From the NCBI RefSeq assembly GCF_902459465.1, contig NC_047066.1:6076001-6140000 (forward strand): a DNA stretch of 64,000 bases, given 5' to 3'. The translations under genes were made by a program, and so were the position numbers. This document shows positions 49,210-63,000 of this stretch, one piece after another; position 1 is the first letter of the stretch; every line of letters starts with the position of its first letter. The stretch comes from Asterias rubens. Its lineage: Eukaryota. Below the pieces are notes generated by a model. It made no database searches and was not told the origin of the DNA. It saw nothing but the letters and a program-made list of their open reading frames with translations.

Positions 49210-52200
49210 TCACGCATTCTCAACACCCGTTAATTTACAGCTGAGATCCCAGAGTTGCGAGGCGATCTTCTCGTCTCGCGCGAGTTCAGTTTCTTCCGCG
49301 AGTTGGCAGTCAGCGAAGTACCTCCCTGAATAGTACGGCACCGACTCGTCCAGTGCACAGTAAATAGTCGTCTGGGCACCTGCCTCGATAGAAATCGTAA
49401 AGGGCCTGAAAATATGAGAGAGAAAGAAGAAACGAAACATTACATAATTTGAATTGTTTTGGTTTTTTTTGTTAACTTTTGTGTATTTTAAAACCATATG
49501 GCTATTTTTGCTGATGGTTTTATCCTGCCTTTTAATGTTTTCTGGGCTGTACAGCGCTTTGAAACAGTGTTAAAGCGCTTTATGAATGCACTTAAAGGGA
49601 ATGTACACGTTTGGTAATAGCTCAAAACAAATATTAACTTAAAACTGACTTGGTAACGAGCATTGGAGAGCTGTTGATAGTATAAAACATTGTGGGAAAC
49701 GACTCCCTTTTGAAGTAACGTAGTTTTTGAGAAAGAAGGTAATTTCTCATTTAAATATTAAAATAGCTCAAAACAAATATTAACTTAAAACTGACTTGGT
49801 AACGAGCATTGGAGAGCTGTTGATAGTATAAAACATTGTGGGAAACGACTCCCTTTTGAAGTAACGTAGTTTTTGAGAAAGAAGGTAATTTCTCATTTAA
49901 ATATTAAAATAGCTCAAAACAAATATTAACTTAAATCTGACTTGGTAACGAGCATTGGAGAGCTGTTGATAGTATAAAACATTGTGGGAAACGACTCCCT
50001 TTTGAAGTAACGTAGTTTTTGAGAAAGAAGGTAATTTCTCATTTAAATATTAAAATAATTCTAGCTAGAGGAATATTCCTCTCTGAAAGTACACAAATTC
50101 GTCCAGCAAGGGTATTTTTTTCTTTCATCATTTTCTCGCAACTTCGATGACCAATTGAGCCCACACTTTCAAAGGTTTGTTATTTTATGCTTATGATGGG
50201 ATACACCAAGTGAGAACACAGGTCTGTGACAACGTGTACAGTGCCTTTAGGTAAACATGATAATTCAGAACATATTGAGGCCAAGTGCGGTTTTCATATG
50301 GACTATGTCACATCAAGATAATAGAGATCAACATCCAGGCTGTCAAAATCAAAATTTTGAGGCAACTGGATTTTGTACAAATCCAATGTCCAAGTGGGTT
50401 TAACGGTATCCCGACCCCAATTTCTGTTCCCCTAAAACCCAATACCAAACAGAATTGTTAACAGAAAGGAGAACAAAAGTAGAATTATCTCAAACTTGGT
50501 ATCTTACCTGAGGATATTTCTGAAGAAAAACAGAACGAATCTCCCATGGAGTCGGCTCGATCTCGGGTGCAGTATGCGAGTGTCTGCCATGCCGGGATGG
50601 AGTGAGTACGCCGTCACTCCGGTGCCCTGTAACCGCCGGCCCAGCTCGCTGGCGAACAGGATGTTGCAGAGCTTACACGTTGCATAGGCAAAGGTCTCCT
50701 CGAACGCCTGTTTGGTGTTCAGGTAGCATAGACTGCTGACCATCGTGTGGGCTACTGAGGAGACGTTGATGATGCGGCTGGGGCCGGTTTCTTTAAGAAG
50801 GGGCAGAAGGAGGTGGGTCAGGAGGAAGGGGCCGAGGTGGTTGATGCCGAATTGAAGATCGTAACCGGTGGCTGTCTTCTCGTTTGCATGGCAACGGGAC
50901 ACACCTGATCGAGAAAAAAAAAACGAATATTCAATTGATACTTATAGTCAAATGATGTCACTCTAGGCGCAAAATTTATTTGCTTAAAATGTACTTCAAT
51001 TATTAAGCAAAGCAGAAACCGAAATCAGGGGAACATACCAGATTACAGAAACGATCAAAAAATGTATACATTTCCATTTGTATGTTATAATAAAACAAAT
51101 ATGTTTGTGTTTTTCTTTGAGACAGCATGCAACACTCCTATAGTAGGCCTGTACAGTAGAGTAAACCTGTCTCGTCTTTGAAAACTTTCGCCCCTCTCAT
51201 GAAATAAATGTTTTGGTAAGAAACAAAATACACTGCTGAACTATATCTCCAAAGTGAAATGACCCGGGAGTCAAATTTAGTGATATCGTAGATGGACCAT
51301 GGTTCCACATAATTATTATCTAAAGAGGGTTTTTGGGGGGCAAATCCCAGATTAAGGGCTTTAAACTAGGGTGGTTCAACTACAACGTATCATGCCTAAA
51401 GGCCTACCTGCATTGTTCACCAGGACATCCAGTCTGGACTCCTCCTTTAGTATCGTCTCAGCAAACGACCTGACTGACTCCAGGCTGGCGTTGTCCAGAA
51501 GTCTGAAGACGACCTGATCATTATCGGTCAACTCCCGTATCTCCTTGGCTGCCTCCTCGCCCTTGGCCGGGTTGCGACAGGCGAGGATGACCCGGGCGCC
51601 ACGGCGAGCGAAGTCCAGTGCAGTCTCTTTCCCGATGCCGGAGTTGGAACCTGAAGCAACGAGAAGTTGAGTTTGAGTTATAGTGCACGTTGTTATTATC
51701 AATTTATATTTCAGAAATATCATTAAATAACCTATAGGACATAATCCAAGCAAAGGGTAGGCCCTACTCGTAGAAAACATGATGGTTTTAGTTAAATAAT
51801 TTTTATCAAACTGACTTTAAAATGCACTGTGTATAAGTTTGGAAGGCCCCCTAATCAAGTTGTTAAAATTATGGAAATATAAACCATTGGTTAGAAGCCT
51901 ACAGCAGTTTTGGATTTTGAGAAACATTTCACTTTGAAGTAATACGGTCATGTAAAAATGTATCGGTTTTCATGCCCAAAAATTAGAATCTGTAAGGTAT
52001 TATTCTTCCTTCGCGTATTTGAGATAACACCGAAAATCCGGACTTAACAAAAACGCGACCAAATTTGCCCATGTTTTATTTTATAGGCCTACACTAACAT
52101 AGAAAGGATTTAAACAATCGAAAATATAAAAACAAACCAAGGTATACTTTGCCTTTAGTACACTATGTAAGGGCAAAACATTACAACTCATTGTTTCCGG

Positions 52201-52478
52201 TATAGTTTCATTGTTATCATTGGTTGTTCTTCGAACGAATCTCTTAGCTAAATAATTCTTAAAACTGAAAGCTAATACAAAATTAAAGCAATTTACAAAT
52301 AATTTGTATCAGTTATACCTGTAACAATTGCAGTCATGCCGACCATTGAGATGTTTGAACGGTAGAAGGCTGGCGTGTTCCATCGTCTGAACGAGATAAA
52401 ACACAACATGCATGCCCCAATCAGTCCAGCATACAGCTTCCATGTGAAGTCTTCATATAGCTCCCAATGCAGCACCAT
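49210..52478 (-). CDS. SDR gene H: most divergent RDH11-14-like member, 4 exons, 331 aa
   Basis: Exons 52319-52478, 51408-51650, 50508-50904, 49210-49405, with the same intron positions and phases as A-G. Motifs TGSNSGIG, ILACRN, NNAG, GINHLGPFLLT, YATCK and GAQTTIYCA. Confidence 0.92.
49596..50246. mobile_element. Family-1-related MITE (TIR AGGGAATGTACACG) with an internal 146-bp triplication, intron 3 of gene H
   Basis: TTAA at 49592-49595. Units start at 49619, 49765 and 49911, and I see one substitution among them. Confidence 0.8.
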
Positions 52479-54213
52479 TCTGAATGAGTAGTATTAATTT
52501 TATTCTAACAGCAAAGACTAATTGCTCCGGAGTTTATTTGAGGGTTCCTTCTTGGGCAGCGCTCTTCTGTATAATGAGTTGAACCTACACTCGTCCATCG
52601 ACCAAATAGTTCGTTTTGGGATATTTATAACAATTTCCCTCCTCTATTTCTGGCCAAATATGGTTCTATAGATATAATAAGCCATTTATTCTATATCTGT
52701 ATAGGCAAACATTTATTTCAAGTTTGATCTTTTGAACTTGAGATTAAAGGGAAGCTTGGGAATGGACTACTCGGCTAAAAGAAAACTATAAATAGCACGC
52801 GGTGATTATGGAATCGTTTTATTTATATTTTAGGGGTGAATGGGTTCTGAAAAAAAGTTCGGCACATTTTTTTTAATTTTTTTTTTTTTGGTGGAGTTTA
52901 AATTAACTGGGGTAAACGTGATTTTAAAAATCTGAAAAAATACTGCTTAAAAATTGTTGCATTGCAGTGAGACGGTATTCTGGTTGGTAACCTTACTGTG
53001 GTAAGCACAACTAGCTTGTGCTTAGCAGCTCTATAAAATCGGGTCTTGGGATACTTGTAGTTGATAATATACAAGGCATCCATTTTGGCAAACTTGCCGC
53101 ATCCACCTTCCACTAAGTTTGATCCTGCAACATTCTCACCACATACGCCTTGTTATAAATATCAAGAACAACGCATTTACTGCAGCGGATCGGGGGAACT
53201 TTGATTTTAAACATCAGATATTAATTCCAACATTTACTAAAGAGGAAATTACACAAGTGACCCTAGCGAAAATGGCGGTCAGAATGTGAAACGTATGTTT
53301 ATTTATACCGTGGGAGTCGTCTGCTGGAAAAAAAAGGAGTTGCATTTGAAAGTATTAAAGTGCACGGTGTATAATAGACCATAGAGAAAAGACCGCGTGT
53401 TATTCGTGGCCTTTTCTCTATTCTTGCACTAACGCTATATAGCCGTACAACGGCTAAAAGGTACATGTAGGCCATGGTATCACATAAATGTATAAAACAA
53501 AAGAAGGGTTTGGAGAAATAATTCCCTGAAATTCACGATTACAGCAAACTTGCAATTAAATAAAATACCTCCCATAATTAGTTGTTTTGTTTTCAACACA
53601 ATCAACGCATTTTTGGAACTGTTTTTTTTTTTTTTACATTATCAAACAATGGCGATCTGTTTTTGATTTGCATTTATGGCTTTCCATATTCCAACCTGTC
53701 CTCTCCAACAAGGCTGTGACATTGCAATAGAAAGGTCTATAGCCGAACTTCGTATAGACTGAGGCTGTTTCTACAAGTACTTCAGTCGAGAATTTGCACA
53801 AAATATATTCACCGAACTTATTTGTTATTGTCAGTTGTTGTTTTATAGATACAAACTGTATCGTACCGTAATCAGATCATTCACTTCTTATAAACCAACA
53901 ACGGTCAGTGAGGTTTGGTCAGGCTCGGGTTTGGTCAACAGCAGTCGAAAAGTTCGTACACCCTCCAGAACAAACTTTTCTACTGCTGGTGAAACTCAAG
54001 TTTTGGAAAGGTAGAGCGTGGACTTTTGGGATTGACGCACTTTGTAACCCCGATAGGACAAAAACAAAAACAGTGGTCAACCGAGTGTTGGTCATTGGCT
54101 ACAGGGGTTTGTGTACCTTGTTGTGCGAGACTATACAGGGATGATCGAGTGGGGGCAGAGTAGAAGCAAAGGGCACATGTTTGATTTGACCTTCCAGGTT
54201 CAATAATCTTTAA

Positions 54214-54680
54214 AGGCACTGGACACCTTTGCCAATAATTGTCAAAGACCAGTCTTTTCATCACTTCGTATGTGAACATAATATACATAAAAAACAAACC
54301 AGTGAAAATTTGAGCTCAATATTGGTCGTCGAAGTTGTGAGAGAATAATGGAAGAAAACACCCTTGTCGTACAAGTTGTGTGCTTTCAGATGCTTGAATT
54401 AGAGACCTCAGCTGAGGTCGTCGAATTCAATTCAAATATTCTAGTGAGAAATTCTTCGGGCTGAAGAAAGAAAAAGAAAAAACCCATTTTGTTTGCATTC
54501 AGACGCATGGAAACTTCAAGACTGAAGCATTTTTTCAAATTAAAATTATTTTATTGAGATATTACATCTTCACTCAAAAACAACGTTACTTCAGAGGGAG
54601 CTGTTTCTCACAATTAGTTATACTATCAACGGCTCTCCATTGCTTCTTACCGAGCAAGTTTTTATTTTTATGCCTATTGT
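54214..54680. mobile_element. MITE family 1, one end lost
   Basis: TTAA-aggcactggacacctttg and family interior. Confidence 0.7.
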
Positions 54681-55526
54681 TACGCATTGTGGCATTTCTG
54701 CTCAAACAGTGATGTTTTTGATAATAGGGGCGTGCCTTTGGGTGTGGTTTTTATCCAGCCATTGTCACAAACGCGAGTGATCCAGCCTACGACCCATAGT
54801 CATACATTCCACACAGACAGAGCGATCCCTTTAAGCACTAAACTATTGCTAAACATAACATTGTTGCATTTCTGCTCATACAAACAAGGATTGTGACATT
54901 AGGGGTGGCCTTTGGGGTGTGGCATTAGGGCGTGGTTTTTGCTCAGCCACTGTCACAAACGCGTGATCCAGCTTCGCGACCCATTCCTAGTTTCCACACG
55001 CACGTACAGGGCGATGGTTTACAACGAAATCTGGCCCACACACGCGTATGGACTTTGGTAGCAGATCTAAATTTAAAACTGTGTCAATACCAAAAGTGAC
55101 ACAGAGACAAGTCAGAGACACTACAAGGTACCCGAAATAACTCTGAAGAATGCCCAAAATAATCTGCAGCCCAAAATAATCTGCGGCTGGGCGGGTTTCC
55201 AATTTGGGGCTGGTCGCTATGACCAAATATAGCTGCAGTAAGCGTGAACCACCAGGCTTTATCGTAAAGTCAACAGATAAAACCATTATCAATTCTTCAA
55301 AGATAATGTTCCCGCAAGTTATGTGAACTTTGTAAAATAATTGGACTGAGAAACTTTTGGAGGGCTGATTTGCTGAGCTACGATCCTCGTGTCACGTTTC
55401 GTGGGGTGGTGTTATTTGTGTCTATTTGATTTAGGGAATTTGACCTAATTTCAAATGACATATTGCGCTCCTAATTTATTTGAAGACCACCGACGAGGTT
55501 TTCATTGTGCCAAGTACGATTGTTTT

Positions 55527-55870
55527 CAGTCTCATGACGATGACTAGAGCAAGCTAGTCGAAACGTTGAGACCATTTAAGAACTGACTTTTCGGTAGTGC
55601 AGTTAAAACCGATCCTATTATTAAAAAGCTGAAGTAGTAGTCCCAGCCGATTTTCCGCCCATGAAGTGGTTAAAAGCAGGACAGTTCTTTTCAGAACTGA
55701 AACTTCTCCCGGAAAAATTTACTCTGCGGTAGTAGAATACATGTACAGGCAGTATATAGCAAGACAGTTCTCTATCGAACAAAATCTACCTGGCAAGTAG
55801 ATACACACATGGTGTTCACGCAAACCAAATAATTGATACCTCACCAAGCAATGCCTCAAAACACATAGTT
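55527..55870 (+). mobile_element. Hammerhead-headed repeat, copy 2
   Basis: gtctc-ATGACGA-t-gactag-agcaag-ctagtc-GAAA-CG-TT-gagac at 55529-55572; body homologous to copy 1. Confidence 0.65.
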
Positions 55871-57021
55871 TGTTTTGCGATTTGATGGTATGACCATGGT
55901 ATGACGCATTTACCTCAAGACACTTTCTGCCTTGTAACACACTAGCTTGTCAATAATAATATACATGTTTCTAGTGGAAAAAAAAATTCAAACAGTTTCA
56001 CCATTTTACATCATTTATTTACCTTTGTTTATTCAATTGAAATTTTACAAAAGTACAGGTACACTTTTCATATATATATTTTTTTCTGCATTTACACAGG
56101 TTCGCAAAAGTAGATTGTTTAGCTGCCCAAACTTAACACCCACTCTACCGACAAATACACCTCCTTGTACAAAAAGATGGTTTATTTAATTTCTTCACCT
56201 TCTTTCTTCTTCTTCCATCTTTCTTTCTGTGCCTTTACCACAAATCTTAAACAATAATAATCATTTCAAATCAAGCACCCAACTTCAGAAATGTTTCCTC
56301 AAAAGCTGAATTGCGAAGCACACAGCAAGATCAGGTTCAAGCCACAGGAATATAAATGCACATCCAACCACAATTCTTCTCAAATATAAAAACCCTAAGC
56401 AGGAAATCGAACCAGGGCTGCAGCGGTGATAGGCGAGCGCTTTAGACACTAGCCAACTGTGTCCCAGACGCCATGAGTTTCACAAACCAAAACAGCTCTG
56501 TATAACTCTCATACATTGGCCAAGTTCATGCCTGACTATTTTGACCTTATTTCGACTAAGTTTACTCAAACTCTGCCTAGTTGTCGATGGTTTGACTACG
56601 GTAGTCGACAATTTGGAACCAGCTTTCCGAGCATGGTCGCATCACTGGTTATCATAGCTGTTTCTATAGCACAGTACAGAGTGGACCAGTTATAGCAAAA
56701 GTCGTCGATCGCATTGACATGACATGACTAGAGTCATTTTCTCTAAAACTTCTGTGCACAAACAAGCCCTATACGTACATCACTATAAACAACCACTCGC
56801 TAATCATTGGCCCTTGCCTAGACTTAAACGCTACCCACAGCACTTTGTGACCTCAGTTAACGGTGCTTAAAAGAACCCAGTCATTACATGCAGATTTTTC
56901 TTTGATATTTCTTTAAACTGTCTTAAAAGATAAATATAATTCTGTGTCCAACCGACAACATTTGAGGGTGGGTGGAAACAGCTGGAAATATTCCACAGCC
57001 CCAGTAGCTTCTTCTTGTGTA

Positions 57022-60000
57022 TCATTTCGCCAATTGCTTCATCTCCTCCACCACTGGCCTGTCATCTTCTAAACCCATTTGTTTGTCAAACTCTGCATCT
57101 GTTATCTGTGGAGATACAAACCAAACTGACAAATCAATGTGTGATGTGATGCTTGAATGTGAATAAACACTTAATTTATGTTTTAATGTAAGGAAAATAT
57201 TGAACACTAATTTTTTGTAATTTCTTTTTTGGCTCAAGGACACGAGTGTCATGACTGAAAGCAGTGGACACTATTGGTAATTGTCAAACACCCACTTGGT
57301 GTATCCCACTATATGCATCAAGAAACAAACCTGTGAAAATCGGTCATTGCAAGAGAATAATGGGAAAGAAACACCCTTGTTGCTAAACTTTGTCTGCTTT
57401 CAGATGCATAATAAAAAGGCTTCAGGCCAGAAGTCTTTAAAAATTTGAGTGAGAAATTACCTCTTTCTCAAAAACTACGCTACTTCAGAGGAAGCTGTTT
57501 CTCACAATGTTTTATCCTACCACCAGCTCTCCAATGCTCGTCACAAAGTAAGTTGTTATGCTAACAATTATTGTGAGTAATTACCAATAGTGTCCAGTGC
57601 CTTTAACTATCAGAACTTGGGTTCTAAACGGCTCGGCCTTGACACCCTAAAGTATTCTCTGTAGGATTGTTGAATTGCTGAAAAGATTGTAAGACCCTAA
57701 ATGAATCGATTAAAGATTGACCAACCTTTCCAGTTCGTAGTTTCTTTACAAGTCTTGCGTCTTGAATCAACTCATCCAAATCTTCCTCTTCCAGCTGTGA
57801 AATAAAAAATGAACAATGTGTATTAATTTGATCTATCAAAAATCAATTCAAAAAAAATATCTCAAATCATTTTAGTTTATTTATTAATTAATCATGGTTG
57901 TGAAGGCAAGGATTTTGAGAAAAGCGAACTCTTTCATTACCATTATATGTTTGATCTATTTTCTGTCTTCTGAAAGTGCAATATTATCGTACATGTACAA
58001 TCTTTTTTAAATACTCAAAAGTGTCATCAAACGTTCATGTATATGACCTATAGTGTACATGTTATCATAAGAGTGCATAAATACTGTAGACTTTAGGATG
58101 TACCAAGGAAACAAATCAGCAAGAACGATTTGCTGAATAAATGTATACACAATTAAAAAAAGCAACAAAGGAAAGCTGGGTACTTTAGGTTCAAAATGCA
58201 AACGAAAGTTGGCACTGGAAAAAATGGTTAAGGACTATAATAGCTTAGAACCCCAATTATTATTATTGATTTATTAAATAAAAAAAACTCAAACTTCACA
58301 GCCAGAGGCTGAATTGCGTTTAATATTACAGAGCATAGGAAAATATATATACTAAATTAAAATTACAGAAAAACATTACGAAATATAAAAATATGATGGA
58401 AGTTTTAATTTCAGATGTGAGAGAATAACTCACACATTGGCCCAATTTCATAAAGCACGTAAGCACAAAAACTTGTTAAGCACAGACAGATCTTGCTGAA
58501 CAGAAACTGATTTTTAGCAAATTTCCATAAGGTTTACATTGTTGCATTTGGTGCCCAACTAATTTGTTGCTCAGCAGTATTATCTGATTTATGAAATTGG
58601 GCCCAGGCGGGGACTGATAACCCACTCCACAGCGGGATTCGAACTGGGGTCCTAGTAGTGGAAGGCAAGGAGAGAAACCACAATGCCAACGCAATTGCTC
58701 TTATTCTTTTTAAAATCTTTTGCAAATGCGGTAATCAAAGAGTTAAAAACACTAGTTTTAATAAGACAATATTAGTTATCAAGAAAAACACTAAAAATAT
58801 TACAAATATTTTGATAATCACAATTTTTCGAGTATTTTTTCTACCTGTCGTTTTTTCCTTTTGGCATTTTCTTTACGTTGTTTCCGATCTTGTCGTTTTT
58901 CTTTTTGCTCAGACTGCTTTGACCACGGCAAAACTTTTTTCTACAAAAGAAATAACAGTATGAAATTCTTTACACAAAAAAGATGTCAATATATTAGACT
59001 ACAAGGCAGAACCAATACTAAATACAATACCATACAACATTTGTAATTGTTCAAGTATTCATACGTAGGAATTGAAACTTTGCCTGGTGGAAACATTGCG
59101 TTGCTATAAACATTCATACCTTGTGATGTTTTTTCTTGCTCTGTGAGTTCTCGTCTGATCGTTTCAGGTTGGTTTGTCTTTGCTTTTCTCTGGCCTTTTC
59201 CCTGAAACAAAACAGTTATTGCATATACTTGAGTCAGATAATGGTCAGAGAGTAGAAGGGTCAACTTGGCACTGTGTGAATATATTCACAGCGTTGTATC
59301 ATAGTATCATTATTGCAGGCTAGCAAAGTTTATCTATAAATCAATACCATACACATGAAGAAATGTTCGTGACTATACACTATCTATTTAGTGAGAGGGG
59401 AAATTGGCAAAAATTGCTTTAAAAAGTTTCTACTATGCATAAGTTAGCAGGATACCAGTCACAAGTCGTACGTGTCAAATGTTATTTTTTTTGGTAAGCA
59501 TAATTTAGTTGTGCTTAGCTATTTGTGTGAAACCATGGAGGAAGCTTCCTCCGTGATGAAACTGAGCCCTGTAGGTTTACCTGTAAGGAATGGTGCTGTA
59601 GTCTACTACTATTGTCTCAAAGTCAGGGAAGTTCTTGCCTCTAAGCTCAGGCATCCTTGGCATACGTAAGAGCGCAAAACCCTTGGCTAGTCTTGAAAAG
59701 TCTAGGTCTAGAAACATGAAAGAACGAGGAATAAAACATTAGCATTGGTCTTTAACTGATATGGTGGACACTTTAGGAGTGCACAAATTTACCTAAACCT
59801 AATAAAAGTGTCATAGTATCGTTTATACCATATCTCTAAATGGCTAAGGGGTCACTTTAGAAACTTGATAAACTATGCCTCTTAACAAAAATAATCATAC
59901 TGCTGTATTTATAATAAAAAGGCAATTATACAAAAAGATAACAAAATATGGGACACCATGCTTTAGACAAAAATAATTGTAAACATTGATATTGAATAAA

Positions 60001-63000
60001 AACATTTTTATAATAAAAAAAGATAAAACATGGAAAGCTATGCCTCGTGACAAAAATAATCATACATCATTTATAATAAAAAGGCATTTGTATGAAAAGA
60101 TGTATACAAAAGCATGGGAGACTTATCACTTGACACAAATAATAATACATCATAATAAAAGGCATAAACACATAAAGTTGACAGACCATGGTCAACCATG
60201 TTAAAGACAAACATAATAATAAAACATTGATAATAAAATAAAAGTATTCATAACAAGATCTTAACACATGGAAAACCATGTCTTTTGACAAAAATAATAA
60301 TAAATACATCATTAGAAATAATGATAAAGGCATTCATACAAAAAGATGAGGAAACAAGGAAAATCACAACATTTAAAATACAGCATTCATTATAAAAACA
60401 ATTAAATCCTTCACAAATAATTATGGGAATATAGCAGGAAAACCTGCAGCACACAGAATGCATACACTCAGAACAGTATAAATCAAATAATGGTATCAGC
60501 AAGAGCAGCAGTACAAAGTCAAATGTAGAATCCCCAAGAGCAAACTGAAATATTCACAAAATGAAAAAGGTCAAAAAATAACCACCAGTTGTTGCCTTGA
60601 AAATACATAATCCAAACAAGGTGTACACTGTTGGAATGGTGCCAACAGCATGTGCGTGTGTTCTGTGGGAAATCCCATAGCAAGGCTGAGCCCAATTTTC
60701 AAAGGCCTGTATACATAAAAACTTGCTAAGCACAGACAAATCTTGCTTAACAGACACTGGTTACCAGACAAAATTCCATAAAGTTAATGTTGTTGCAATT
60801 GCAGAAACTGCTCAGCAAAGAAATTTGCTAGGCAAAAAATACTGCTTAACAGTATATGAAATTTAAAACACACTCAAACAGATGTTATATTCCCTATAAA
60901 CAATTCAGTGAATCAAACTCAGACAGCTTGCTTTATTGCATATATACAAGTAATGGGCAGGAAGTTGGTACAGACCTTTGATTCTGAAGATTAGGCTGCA
61001 CTCATGCTTGGAGTACGCTTGAACGAATGACACAAATGCTCTGGTTCCACCCTCAAACAATGCCCTGGAGAATCAAGACAATATTAATGTTAATTCATAG
61101 GACCAAGGTAGCATAAACAGACACTGTACAATATAATGCGGAAGTCTCGGGTGTATTCAAACACTGAGATCTTTCAAAGTTTAGTTTCCATCACCAGTTT
61201 GTGGAGTTTCGTGGCCTAGCGGATAAGTTAACAAGTTTTCACACAAGTTTTCACACAAGTTTTCACACAAGTTTTCACACCAGTTTTCACACAAGTTTTA
61301 ACACAGTGTATCACGCAGAGGCACATTATGAGTTTGTAATATCTACATGTACAAGTCTTTACCTGTCTTTCTGTGCGATTTTCCTCAGCTTCGGAAGAAT
61401 GTCTGTGATTTCTAATTCATCTTCTGTGTTATATCTCTGTAGTGGCGTCTGGAAACGAAACAAAACAATATTATCACATAAATAAAGGTTGTACCTGAAT
61501 TGGCGGCTACGGCTACGACTGTTCCTAAAGGTGTTGGATAACAAGATGAGGAGGAAATCTAGCCATAGCCGTAGCTGAAGCCGCCCCTTCGGACACAGCC
61601 ACCAGCCACAATCTACGTAGCTCAGTTTTATACTCTGTTACAGCAATATTGATCATAAAATCAATACAATTAAAAAAAAAATACCAGAAACCAAATATAA
61701 CAAATTTACATAAATTAAAGCACTTTACATGATAACCTCAGATAAAACAACAGTCATTGCCAATTTCCTCCTCTCTGAAAAAGGTTCTTCTCAATGGTCG
61801 ATCAATCAATGTTAAAATTGGACACTCAGGTTGGCGTAGTGGTATCTTTCCTCGCCTTCAACCTGTAGGATCATGAGTTGAATCCCGCTGGGGCACTATG
61901 TGGATTGGGGTTTCTCTGGGGTTTTCCCTCCCACACTGAAAACTGAAACTTCCTTCTTTGCCTTCTCAATAATAGACCGATCCATTAGGCTCTGCCCCAT
62001 TGCGTATCGACCAATCACAACCCATTGCGTATCGACCAATCACAACCCATTGCGCCACCGAAAGTCCAACAGCAGAGTTTTGCCGAATGGCATTGAAGAG
62101 GCTCACGTGTTTTTGCTCACACGTGCACTGTGTGCAAAGCCTAATGGATCGGTCTATTGAGTTTTAATACATTTATTAAGTTTGCTTTTCTGATAGTCCT
62201 TGGCTTCACAACCCAGAATAAATTAAATGAAATGAAATGACTGACAGTTGGAGTAGAGGCCTTTATTTTCTTATCCTCACCTTCTGGTTGATCTTAATGA
62301 AGTCTACGTATGTATCTTCAGAAGGAAGCAGGAACACCAACGCATTACCGGTGTTACCTATTCTAGCCGTCCTGCCACAACGATGTACAAAGGCACTGAA
62401 ATGAAATACATTGTAATATTAAGGAACAGACGAAGTGCTTCATCATACAAAAATGTAAACCATGAGCAAGTTTAAGTGTGAACATGAAAGGAACACGTTG
62501 CCTTGGATCGGACGAGTTGGTCTATAAAAAGCGTTTGAAACCCTTTTTTATTAAAATGCATATGGGTGGAAAGATGATTTAAAAGTAGAATACAATGATC
62601 CACACAAGTTTGCCTCGAAATTGCGTGGTTTTCCTTTATGGGAGTCAAAAATTTGACTCCCATAAATGGCCGACCGTGTTAGTCGACGAGCTAAAAGGAA
62701 AACCACGCAATTTCGAGGCATGTTTGTGTGGATCATTGTGTTCTACTTTCTACCCACATGCATTTTATAAAAAACGGTTACAAACGCTTTTCACAGACCA
62801 ACTCGACCGATCGAAGGAAACGTGTTCCTTTAAGTCGACCTGTGATTGACCACTGATCAGGAACTTACATGCGCAGTGATGTACTCATTCGACTGACTTG
62901 TATTGAAGTCTAGTCAACAAACCATCGGGAACACTCAATCTTTCCACATTTTTGCTGTCGTGTCACTGTTTCACTTTTGCACTTAAAACCAAATAGCATG

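Noticed and set aside
58986-59264. 92-aa ORF
   Set aside because: It overlaps a DDX55 exon in the wrong frame; the real exon is 59120-59201 (EKAREKQRQ...).
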